Shown here one piece after another: positions 42,316 through 53,677 of a DNA stretch of 64,000 nt. A program made the position numbers and the translations under genes. Location of the stretch: contig NW_002060945.1 of assembly GCF_000150275.1 (NCBI RefSeq), forward strand, positions 3,185,172 through 3,249,171, given 5' to 3'. The number at the start of each line of letters is the position of its first letter. Position 1 is the stretch's first letter. This stretch comes from Trichoplax adhaerens. Taxonomy: Eukaryota > Animalia > Placozoa. The notes beneath the pieces are model-generated. The model was not told where the DNA came from and searched no databases. It saw only the letters and a program-made list of their open reading frames with translations.

Positions 42316-44135
42316 TTACTGATACTGGCAACGGACTATATTTTCGTTAATTTCCTTTTGCAGTGACAGTAATTTATCCCATTGTTCTTTAGTAAGTGAT
42401 ATACCTAAAATATTAGCAAGCATTGCCATCCTTAGATGTAGCTACGATATTGCACATATCGTCAACCATAATTCATGCAAAATACAGCACTTTGAGGATT
42501 CAGTTCTATTTAATACCTTTTTTGGATGGTTTTAATTCACCATGACTGTCTTTGTAGTACTCTCGAATGTCAACTAGTGTACTCTTACGAAACGATCGTA
42601 CGCTTACATACCTCTTGGAAGATAGCTGTAATATAAAATCTCGGAATTACATGTATGACCAATTAATAAATCAAGATATGATTATAATTACATGCTTAAT
42701 TAACTATTCCTAAGATTATTGTTCTACTATGCGTCATTTTGTAACTAACCACTATCGATATGATCAATATGTCATCAGCTACTACATTATTACGTAGCGA
42801 AAGATCATTCTACCATATATTCAATAACTTTGCTTATGACAACAGATACTCGTATTTCAAAAATTGAACACATGTGTTACTTAATTCTTCCGTATTTCTA
42901 GAGCTTATAGACAACTCCAACAACAATCAATAATGGCATAATTACGTTATTATCTGCATTCATTTTGTTCTAAATATTTATTTGAGTTTATGTAGAAATG
43001 AATATCTAGACAAGATATAGATAAAGCAGGCAAATAGCTAAGGTATCATTTTAGCATAAATACAGGACTATCAACCATTTTAACATTGTACCTCGTGCAT
43101 GCAATCTTCCACCGAATCGTTCTTTTCGGATTTCGGAGTTGGTTTACTTTTCTTTACCTTTTTATCTACTGATGCTTTTTCCTACCATGTGGAAAGAAAT
43201 GCGATATAAAATCCTTTCCCAGATCAGTGATTAACATACCATTAACATGCAATGCGAATAATAATTTTCGTTAGTAATACGCTTATAACAATATTATCAT
43301 GATGTCAGCTTTGCCTTATCTGCCTATCGAATTTGTTACGATATACAGTACAGTAATGAAACGTATAAATAAATGTTGCCTATTTTCTTGTTTATTTGTA
43401 GTTACACTTATACCAGTGAGCATCCGCAAATTATACATTTACGATGATCCTACTATTTAACTGTATTGTTTGACGGTATCAAGTCGAATTCTAATTATCG
43501 ACAAGGGGGCAGCAAAGTACCATGAACGTACCTCATTCTACACAGTATTGTATCACTTTGCAAAACGCATAGTGCAATATAATGGCACAGTGAGCTCATA
43601 TCCTAGTCCATATTATCCTATGAGCATTGCATGGTAAATAATTGGCATTCAGCCTTTTTTACCGAACTATGCTCTATGGACAGTATTTACACTAGTTCTT
43701 CCAAGTATGTTGTTACATAGAATATATACATTTTATAAGATTGTTATTCAACAATGTATCCAACTGCTAACTAGATGACGGTAGTAAGCATTGCATTTCA
43801 AATTTACTGTAAAACGAATCACTAATGAAACTATTTGTTAAAGCACGATAGCAATGAGCTCAGAACAAGTACTAACGTGCTCATTGTCTTCCACTCTTCC
43901 TAGACTAATTTAACCGTTCACTTAATCGTATCATCGTGCTACAGAGCTGCTAGTGCTTTTTCCTGGATGAAAAATTGCATCATGCAATACTAGAGCTAAT
44001 TCATTCTGAACGATTTCTTATATCTGCCATATAACAACTACAACTAACTTCCTCTGCTGAGCTATTGGAATCTTCTGAACTGTTGATGATTGCTGCAGAT
44101 TTGATTCTTTTCCTTTTAAGATCAGAAGGACCCAT
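42316..44135 (-). CDS. SUB1: Transcriptional coactivator PC4/SUB1 (ssDNA-binding)
   Basis: Exon 1 MGPSDLKRKRIKSAAIINSSEDSNSSAEE (Ser/acidic); Lys-rich exon EKASVDKKVKKSKPTPK; PC4 domain LSSKRYVSVRSFRKSTLVDIREYYKDSHGELKPSKK|GISLTKEQWDKL. A possible small internal exon near 43880 is unresolved. Confidence 0.93.
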
Positions 44136-44588
44136 TGCTAATCTCGTAAACTTGCGTTTGTATTTACAACTATAAATTGACAAGTGGTGGAGAGTCTGTC
44201 TGTCTGTATTATCTGTAAAAAATGATACAGGACTAGTGCAGTACAGTGCAGTACAGTACTGTACAGTATAGTACACTACTGTCATAAGAGCATCAAGAAC
44301 TGTAATCTACCAAAACCCTCAATAATAAATCTGACCAAAAGCTGTTTCAGTGGCATTTTCCCGTCCGTCTGTAGCGGTACAGTGCACCGTGTACAGTACA
44401 CCGTGGTACAGTACTGTACTGTAGAATTTTCTCCGTGGACTGTAGCGATTTCTAGCCAAACAAAAGCCATCCCCCTCCAACGAAAGTGCTCAACGAACCA
44501 ACTCCTTTTTCGCCTCCATATTCTGGATCAATCCTAGTTGCCAAAAAACGGTAGTGATTAACACTTTCACTAGCTGTTATCTACCATA
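44136..44588. promoter_or_regulatory. Bidirectional promoter region between SUB1 and SERF
   Basis: The two start codons diverge ~450 bp apart; the interval is GC-richer and packed with TACAGTA/TACTGTA motifs. Confidence 0.6.
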
Positions 44589-46367
44589 ATGACCCGTAAG
44601 TATAGCAAATCAGTATTAATTTAGTAAATAACCACTTTATGTATTTTACAAGTCAATAGGATGGATGATAGTGATATATTCTTGTAGTGAATACGCCTAT
44701 AGTATACTGTAACGTACTTGTCCCTTTTGAAATTCTTGTCCATTTATAAATGGCGTCGCAAGTGTCACAAGCAGCGTAACTCCTCGATTTTCGATCGGAT
44801 ATCGAAATGATACTATCGCTAAGATGCCATTGTTAGCTCTATATGATTGTATTATCTGTTTCGAATGGATTATGGGTGTTGTAATGACAGTTTCAGTTTA
44901 GTTGACGGCGTCGTTGCTACTAAGAATTTTTGACTTTGCTCTATATTGGTGCATGGACTGTTTACGGTACAACGCTTGCAGTCGCGATCCTACCGTAATG
45001 CAGGAATGACACTGCTGTACTGATATACCAAGATGAAGTACAACTAAACCCTTAATTCACTGCCTGAGAAAAGGCCCACAAAAGTACTCGTACTTTACTA
45101 TGTATAGTATCATCATACGCATGATGATGTTGGGTGAAAGTTATTTATCTAGGGGATTTAAAAAGATTAATTCTATAATTTACAGAATAACTGTAATTAA
45201 TCGTGAAATAAGCACCAGCAAATAATCATTTTATTGACACTGCATTTATGTCAGTGAAACTTTGAACTTGATTTAGTTCAGATATACTAATTCATTCATA
45301 CTGTAGCAATTGAGTTTAAGTTTAGTCGTCTCGACTATTGTCTGATTGATGTTTTTAACTTAATTGGGTTCCTACTTTTTGAAATACTTCAGTTGTACCC
45401 ACAACTACCATACGAGTATTTAATATTCTAGATGATAATGCAATGCTCATACGATATTTTGAAATCGAAGAAATGGATCCGAAATTTGTGTAACGATTAA
45501 ACGCTTCTTTCTCGATCAAAGCGGTGGATCATTTGACGTTAAAAATCAATAAGCAAATAAATAATCTGCATTACTCGTCACGCAAGAACAATAAAAAAAA
45601 AACGGACATTAAAACCATTAATTATGACGGTTATACAACTAAGTGCAACTGTACGTGTAATTGAAAAATAAAGCAAGTTACCGTTGTTACTAGCGTATTA
45701 TTCGTATAATTCCTCTTTTTATATAGCAAAGACAATAGCACAAATCCATCTACAAAATTTTCCTCTTACTCACTGGTGTGTGTATAATTTTCGACTTTCT
45801 TCTATTCTTACTGCAATTATTCTATACAAATGCAGTCTCTTTCCGAAATTCTCTACGAGAATGACAGCACATTTTGTTAAAGCCAGTATAGAGTCCTATC
45901 GATACCGTCAGCTGATATTAGCCTTTGTACTTTAGGTGGAAATCAACGTGAATTAGCCCGCGCAAAGAACCAAAAAAAGCAACAGAAAGATCAAAAATCT
46001 CAAAGTAAATCAAACGCAAACCTAACGAAACGAAAGGAATTGTAAGTCTACTACTTTCGACAGAATTGTATATAAAACGGCCTAATAACCTGATCATATA
46101 AATGGATCATTTTTGAGTGAATTTCCCATTCCCTGTAGTAGTACTGTATACGTAGATAGTATTTAGTATTATCAAACTCTTGTAATATAACAGTATTACT
46201 ACTTTGATGTGATAGTTTACATTGTAGTTTAAAAGTGGTCTTTGCAACAGCAATGTGTAGTTGTTATCATATTTTTAATTAGCCAATTTGACTCAAACTG
46301 CAAACTTCTTTTTTATAGGGATGCTCAAGCGATGAGAGAAAAACAGAAGAAACATGATGCTCAATGA
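44589..46367 (+). CDS. SERF: Small EDRK-rich factor (SERF/4F5), 3 exons (44589-44595, 45936-46041, 46319-46367)
   Basis: ATGACCC|gtaagt 7-nt first exon; spliced protein MTRGNQRELARAKNQKKQQKDQKSQSKSNANLTKRKELDAQAMREKQKKHDAQ* carries the canonical MTRGNQRELAR motif. Confidence 0.95.
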
Positions 46368-47477
46368 GTCTGTCATATAATAACACACATTCTATGCTAT
46401 GGTGCTACATTTGCTGAATTGGCTGCAAATGCGTACTTAGCATAGTCTTCTACCACAATCACAAATGTTTATCAACTAACCAAATTCATGAATAATAATA
46501 TACCAAAAGTAATAACAGCAATAATAATTATAGATAGTAGCTAGTTAAAGACATACACGGTATTAGTTTTCTTATTTGGATACGTGTTCTGGTAATCCTT
46601 ATTTCTTAGGATGGCATGTACCAGTATGTGGTTGTTTTTATCATCGCGGATACTATAGTAGGTACAGTAAAGGTTAAGTTCTGGTACATTTGATATCGAG
46701 TCGACTAGCTCGATATAAGCCATTAGCCAAAACAATGTTAATGTATAAATAAATTAAAATGATGGAAATTTGAAATTCAATAAAGGGGCATAAATCTACC
46801 AGTTTTAAGTTTTTGATTGCTTTCAGCAAACTTAATGAATCTTACGTAGCGCGTGTCATAAAATTGATACATTTTATTGCATTTCTATTGATCTTCACCA
46901 CATGTAAATCACGAGTTAATTTCATCAATTATGTCTATATTAGCCTTCGTAGCTTAAAAATGACATTATCGCAATTACAGTATATTATGACCAATGCATA
47001 CCTAAATGCATGCTTGTGGCATGATACCACTTCAGTAACTGACTATCGTGTTAGTATATTTGCTTGGGTTTGTGAAAAGTGGATTGTGTGCAATGGGCGC
47101 AACTGGAATTTGATACTGTATCAGAAAATTCTTAACATATAAATAGCTGTATACGTATTCTGGGCAATCCTACTTTGATTTATTTTGTCGTTGTAAATAC
47201 TGTGGGGCTCTATTTAACTTTAGTAAAACGTAGTTATACTTAAGCATTTCCATTTGTAATTCGAATCTACCAAAATCTGCTCACATAGTAAATATATAAT
47301 TGCAAAGACAGGATAAAGTGTTCTTTATTACGACACCATCTAATGAAATTTTGTTTTCAAATATACATCCGTGATCGTAGCAAAATTAATTTTTACAGTC
47401 GTTTAATGAAACGTATGAACCTGTTTTTATACAATAATACAAACATCTTGAAGTATTCGTTTTCAGGGATCCTTTTT

Positions 47478-50326
47478 TCATTTCTTCTTGGATTTATCCT
47501 TAGCTTTCCTAATGGCCTATAATTAAAATTATTTTCTAAAGTTTATACTTTCAAATTATTCCTTAGGACTATTGCAAAAATTCTATATGTTCAAACTCCA
47601 GACTCGAAAGTGATACAATATTAATTGCAGTAGATCAACGGAGAAATAGGAATAGCTACGCGCTTGCACACTTCTCATAGCGCTGGTCCAACTGTAAACA
47701 GTCTAGGTTTATTTCAAAAGAAAATGCATATACGCTTAATACACTGAATTTTTACCTGATAATATCCAGTGCGATAGCCAGCCATATACCAGGACATGAT
47801 TAGGTTGGAAAGAAGTTCATCATTTATGTCATCACTTGATAATGGCGGTGGTTGCGGAGGAAGCGGCTACGATATAACAATTGCAATTGTTGTCATGATA
47901 TTCAACTGACTACGGTAGTGTATTTGTTTTATAAAATAAGCATAAGGTAGTAGCTATTTTTATCGATAATAAGTATTGAAATTTCCGCCATTAAATTTCA
48001 CTTACGGGAACAGCAGATGCTGACATACCCGGATGTCCAAATGGAGGCATTTGCTAAAAGCAAGTAAATCAATCAATTTAGTGGCAGACAGAATCCCGAC
48101 GATGCATTTTACAGATAAATGCCATAGTACAGTATAAGAATGTAATTGCAAACATAATTAAATATCAACAGGCTATTTAATAAAATTTCATATCCTAAAT
48201 CCATAACACGTATTGCTATGGAATATTAAATACCACTAATGCATTATATCTTCATCATGAATTCAACTTACAAAAGGAGGTTGCATGTGCATCGGAGGTA
48301 CGGGTGGTGGTGGTGGTGGCGGATACTATGATAAATTGCAGCAGATTAACAGGCGTTATAAGAATTAGTAAATCAGCAGGCTGGTATATAGAAAATATAT
48401 TTGCGATGTTCGTATTGCACACTGTTAAAGATCATCATCTGTCTTCATTTTGAAAATAATTACTATATTCCTACAGTATTGAGTAAACACTTATCATTGT
48501 CACGTGTATGCTTAACCGCAAGTAGCTTTTTATACAGCATTAGGAAGACGTACATATGCATTCGGATAGAAGTTATTCGCTCCATAATTTGGATAATTAG
48601 ACTGATGATAAGAGGCCCTATTCCAATGACTATTTTTGGCTGTACGGTCTTGTGGAAAATTACCAGAGGGATAATTGTTAGGCTGTTGATAATAATCTGC
48701 AAATTGATTGCTGTAATCTATATTATACGCTTCCTCGGTATATTCTTCCTCTCTATCTTGATTTTCTTCTTCCTTTACGTTGTAGGAGAGTACATAGATA
48801 AAATATTCAAACAGTAATCTACATTAACTTGTGCTGTAGAAATCATTAAACTTAAACTTAAAAAATACTTATTGTAAGGTAGATATATGACATTACATAG
48901 TTACGGTCTGCCATACGATCAAGTAGTTTGATTTGGGCTTCATAGTCATCCTCACTTATGACTACTACTTGGTCAAGTAATAATTCCACACTATTTTCTC
49001 CATCTTGTCCGTACACAACTTCGCATATTCCTGAGCTTTCATCTACTGAGGTAACTTCTCCAACTCTGACTTCATTTTCATAAAAGAATTTACACTTGCA
49101 CCCCTTTCTAAGTTGTGAAACCTTAATGCATGGATTGCCAATAGAAGCGAATCAGTAACTATTTTTCTAAGTATGACTTCTGACGTATTACCAGAGATTA
49201 TGAATACATACCTTATTACGTGGTGACTTTGATTTTGATTTTTTGGACTTCCTATTGATGTTTTTAATTCATTATTATTTCCAGATGAAATTAATTTAAG
49301 ATACGACTGTGACACAGCATTACAATAAACAGTTGTAAAATAAGGCTGAAATTGATTGAAAGTGGAAATTACCTATTTTTTTTATTTTCTGGTAGTTTAC
49401 CCTAGTAATGAAAATAAGAGTCAACATTCAGAAAAATATATACAGTAGAGATACTCGATACAGGTGTAAGTGTATCTGTAAGTGGTAGCTATACAGTCCT
49501 TCTACTGTACTCGTCCAGATTAATTTTACATAGTCAGTAGTAGCCACGCAAATTTGCAATCGTCCAGTCAATTGACAATAAAAGTATAAAAGTTATGGCA
49601 GTATCAATCAGTGTATTGAGCGAATAAAAGACTTCTCCACTTTGCTAGAATTAGCTTGCAATAATTACGAACCAGCTTGTCATTTTTGTATGTAAGTTAA
49701 TGTATATTTGTGAACTAATTCATTTCTATCAGCACAATACGTTCTATAAAGGCATTAAATAACATTCCAAAAATGAATCGTTTCCACTACCGCATACAGG
49801 TAGCTTAAGATAATTAATCTAAATATGCGTATAGGAGTACGTATCTATAATTAATTGATCGATACAAGGCATTTTGATGCTCCTTTTTACTTTCCTCAAG
49901 CTCTAATTTATAATATAGTACCGTATTCAATCAATCACGTTCACTGATTGACTGAGATGACAGATTCGTTACTACGCTGTATTTTTATGTCCTGAGCCAG
50001 CCTTCAGGCTCAGTCCTTCAACTTCTACTATAATTAGCTCAATTTAATGCAACAATTTTTCCTTCTAACTTACTTCGCGCATTGATGTAATTGCTTCATC
50101 ATAAGCCTTGATTAGAGCACTATCATCCCATACGTCGGAGTTATCATCATCCTTGAGAGACAAAAATAGAAAGTAAATGTATTTCTAGGCCTATTCTGCA
50201 ATTTGACCTAAGTCAACTCATCGCCAACGTCATGTTTGCGATACATTGCAGTCAGTACATGGCTTTTGCACAACCCTTACTTACATATCCTTGGCGATAA
50301 ACCACCTCTCCAGCAGTAGTAGCCAT
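47478..50326 (-). CDS. SMN: Survival motor neuron protein, multi-exon
   Basis: Gemin2-binding motif MATTAGEVVYRQGY|DDDNSDVWDDSALIKAYDEAI; K-rich exon RKSKKSKSKSPRNK; Tudor-like exon 48905-49121; poly-Pro exons; YG box LLSNLIMSWYMAGYRTGYYQ|AIRKAKDKSKKK*. Confidence 0.95.
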
Positions 50327-50410
50327 ACTGTAGTTGGCAAGGCACTTTTTCAACTATTCAATTCAATTTACTAATGATAATTTGGAGATGCAACCACTGT
50401 GTCCACAACG

Positions 50411-50922
50411 AGCTGCACAGCAATTAATTATGGCGAAGATTTCAAGGAACGAATTTCACAGAAGCGATTACGAATTATGTAAGGCTGCACAGCAATCACT
50501 TATGGCGAAGATTTCAAGGAACGAATTTCACAGAAGCAATTGCGAATTATGTAAGGCTGCACAGCAATCACTTACGGCGAAGATTTCCAGGAACGAATTT
50601 CACAGAAGCGATTGCGAATTATGTCAAGGCTGCACAGCAATCAATTATGGCGAAGATTTCAAGGAACGAATTTCACAGAAGCGATTGCGAATTATGTAAG
50701 GCTGCACAGCAATCACTTATGGCGAAGATTTCAAGGAACGAATTTCACAGAAGCGATTGCGAATTATGTAAGGCTGCACAGCAATCACTTACGGCGAAGA
50801 TTTCCAGGAACGAATTTCACAGAAGCGATTGCGAATTATGTCAAGGCTGCACAGCAATCAATTATGGCGAAGATTTCCAGGAACAAATTTCACAGAAGCG
50901 ATTGCGAATTATGTTAAGGCTG
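50411..50922. repeat. Minisatellite, 7 x 72-73 bp with 217-bp higher-order periodicity
   Basis: Unit starts (g)gctgcacagcaat at 50411, 50483, 50555, 50628, 50700, 50772, 50845 and (partial) 50918. Diagnostic variants recur every third unit. Confidence 0.97.
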
Positions 50923-51227
50923 AAGGGTGCAAACGATTCAGTCGTTCGCCTACTAAAACAATGTAGTGTATGACCCTTGATAGAAAGGAGAATGAATTTA
51001 GGCGTCACTTTTTAGCAGTCACCCGTTCGTAGTCGATCGTTGCGTTGCGTCACTCTGCTAGTGTGTTACAATACAGTACTGTGTCACTCTCCTGGTGTGT
51101 TACAGTGTTGTGTCACTCTGCTAGTAGTACACGCTACTGTCACACATGCAATGTAGAAAAGAGAGAACGTCACTCGTCAGCGATCCGTGTCTCAAACTGA
51201 CAGTGTCACTACTGGACGTAGTGGCTG

Positions 51228-51406
51228 GGTGTCAGTGCGATGCACAACGATCGGTCATGATGAAACGTACTACATACACGTCAAGCGTGTCAAGCTTTTG
51301 ACTGCGTATGCCATGCAAGGTGTCACTGCGATGCACAACGATCGATCATGATGAAACGTACTACATACACGTCAAGCGTGTCAAGCTTTTGACTGCGCAT
51401 GCCATG
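51228..51406. repeat. Tandem duplication, 2 x 91 bp
   Basis: gtca(g/c)tgcgatgcacaacgatcg(g/a)tcatgatgaaacgtactacatacacgtcaagcgtgtcaagcttttgactgcg at 51231 and 51322. Confidence 0.95.
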
Positions 51407-51530
51407 TTAATCCTGCACCTAGGTAGCAGTCCAAGCTCGTATTGGCAGTCCACCACGCGCAGTGGCAACTTCAAATTCGATTCTTACCTAGTTTATTTTG
51501 GATATGAAGAGAGTCTGTATATAATTTACT

Positions 51531-53604
51531 ATGTCTACTAAAGTGGCATCAAATTTACTAGTCAAAACTGGAAGATTACAAAGGCCAATAACTGGACCGA
51601 GAAGATTTCGTAAAGTAAAGCCTGATCTGCAAATCCGTAACTGGAAAATTGTCCGTGGAGATTCTGTACGTCTACGCGTAGGGTGTTGTTATGCTACTTT
51701 ATTTGTCCATGTCATGTAAAATGGAGATCTTGCTCACAACATACTGGATAATCAAGATGAAAGGATGGTTGCAATTTGAACCCCCAATGAATATCATATG
51801 CTAGACATAGGATATCATATTATTGTAGACAATAGAAATGGAGACCACTTGCATATGGAACAGCACAACCAGTTGTGATGAATCTACTTTTAATTCCGCT
51901 GCAGTGAATGAGCAACGACCGATCTATTACTAGCAATATCAGCAAAAAAGCAGTAAAGCAGCTACTTTTTAGACACCTTTTCAAGTCGAACTAGTCGACT
52001 TTATTGTAGTAAAGTGGAGAAATGAAGAGCTTTTGGATCTTGTCAAATACAGTACAGCTAGTCGTCATGAATTGAACTTTTAAGACGACTACAGCACAGT
52101 AAATTAGCACACACGTATACCTATCGAGCAACAGCTGTAGCCAACTTGTCGCATAGTACAGTACATATCGTTAATGAGCAAGTTAAAATGAACTGATATT
52201 CCTACTTGTATTTCGTAAAGTGTCAAACATGAATGCAACAAGTATCGAAATAATTTCTACCTAGCTGCACCAACTACGGAGAAGCATTAATGCAATCCAG
52301 AAAGCTTGTTGACATTGATTAATTATTATAGAAGACGTCAATAGGCCACTCAGTGATGTAATTCACCGAAATACATCTAAATCAAGTTATTATTTACCCA
52401 TTGAATTCCTATAGGTAGAAGTTTTATCTGGAAAAGATAAAGGCGTCGTCGGTAAAGTGTCGCAAGTTTTACGAGGTCAAAATAAAGTGTTTGTTGAAGG
52501 ATTGAATTGTGTAAGTTTAAATATGCCATCTTGTCGATGATACAGCGGGGTAAATCCCAGAAAAATAGCAGCTACTAATATTTAGAATGGATGTTCGATC
52601 AAAGTGTTTTTCGATATAGAAATATAGAAACTACATCTTACTAATGTAATTTATTATAATATTGGATAGCATTACCGATATTTGAAACCGCATGAAGAAT
52701 TTCAAGGCGGCCTGGTCCGAAGCGAAGCCCCATTGCATTACTCTAAAGTTGCATTAGTTGACCCATCAGATGGGTATGTACCCCTATTGATACTTATTCC
52801 ACAGCGTTTTTCTTCATTTGAACTAGCAGCTATTTGATACCTATTTTTTACCCTTCTGCCCCTTAACCTAATATATTATTACAATACTAATTTTTAAACT
52901 TTGGTACGAAAATTCTAGAAAAGGTACTAAAGTCGGTTTCATGTTTACCAAAGATGGAGAAAAAGTCCGTGTATCTAGGAGAACTGGAACGGTGATACCG
53001 AAGCCCCCCGAGCTGAAGCTAACCAGAATCCGTGAAGCTTATATAGGTTAAAATCCCTATATCTGTTAGATCTGCATGTACATACACGCATCGCTATGAT
53101 ATGCCACTCTACCTGAAAAGAATGATATTAATAGCGTAGATACCAGTTGAATTAGGACATTAATGAATCTTTTCACCTAAAAATTCAACGTTTTACGTAC
53201 TTCTTATAATTGGTATTACTGTCTCGTATTCTATTCTCAATTTCTCATACAATAGCTGTAGTACAATAAAGTTTAGCAATAAACTAGTCGTATCTTCATA
53301 AAATATGAATCAATTGTCCAATAGGCCAAAAAATTAAGAAAGTTATAGCTTTTTATTAGCATATATCGAAGCATACACTGTATACAGTATAATCTAAGCC
53401 ACAGTCAATCATTCTAAAATGTAGAGTTGGTATAATACACCTTAATTTACAACACTAATATATTCTATACTTGTGTGTTAATTTACAGACGGTCACAAAG
53501 ATACCAGTGCCGAAAATGCTACAAAAGTAACTTATGTAATGTCAAAAAATTCTTTCGAATCAATCATTATAAAGTCTTTAAGGTCCAAAAAACAGGAGAA
53601 ATAA
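51531..53604 (+). CDS. MRPL24: Mitochondrial ribosomal protein uL24m, 5 exons
   Basis: Basic transit-like N-terminus; RNWKIVRGDS|VEVLSGKDKGVVGKVSQVLRGQNKVFVEGLNC|HYRY..SEAPLHYSKVALVDPSDG|..KDGEKVRVSRRTGTVIPKP..|DGHKDT; KOW motif; stop at 53604. Confidence 0.95.
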
Positions 53605-53677
53605 CAATTTCCGTTATCAGTTGCTGCATAACTATCTTAGATTATATTATATAATTTAAGCTATAATAATTATTATT

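Noticed and set aside
44001-44135. Initial reading of the acidic exon as BCCIP-like
   Set aside because: Downstream exons encode a clear PC4 domain, so the gene is SUB1.
44895-45350. Possible snRNA or snoRNA in SERF intron 1 (AATTTTTG Sm-like site; ATGATGA C-box at 45121)
   Set aside because: No match to spliceosomal snRNAs, no terminal stem or nearby D box, and such motifs are common in AT-rich DNA.
48401-48817. 138-aa hydrophobic plus-strand ORF (similarly 5445-5660, 35621-35851, 36678-36905, 54283-54519)
   Set aside because: Antisense shadows of real exons on the opposite strand.
49992-50013. 7-bp hairpin ctgagcc...ggctcag in an SMN intron
   Set aside because: Too short to distinguish from chance.
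50334-50973. Three overlapping repeat-protein ORFs, or a CRISPR-like array
   Set aside because: The ORFs come from a 72-nt stop-poor unit, with frames shifting at 73-nt units. There are no unique spacers and no cas genes, and the context is eukaryotic.
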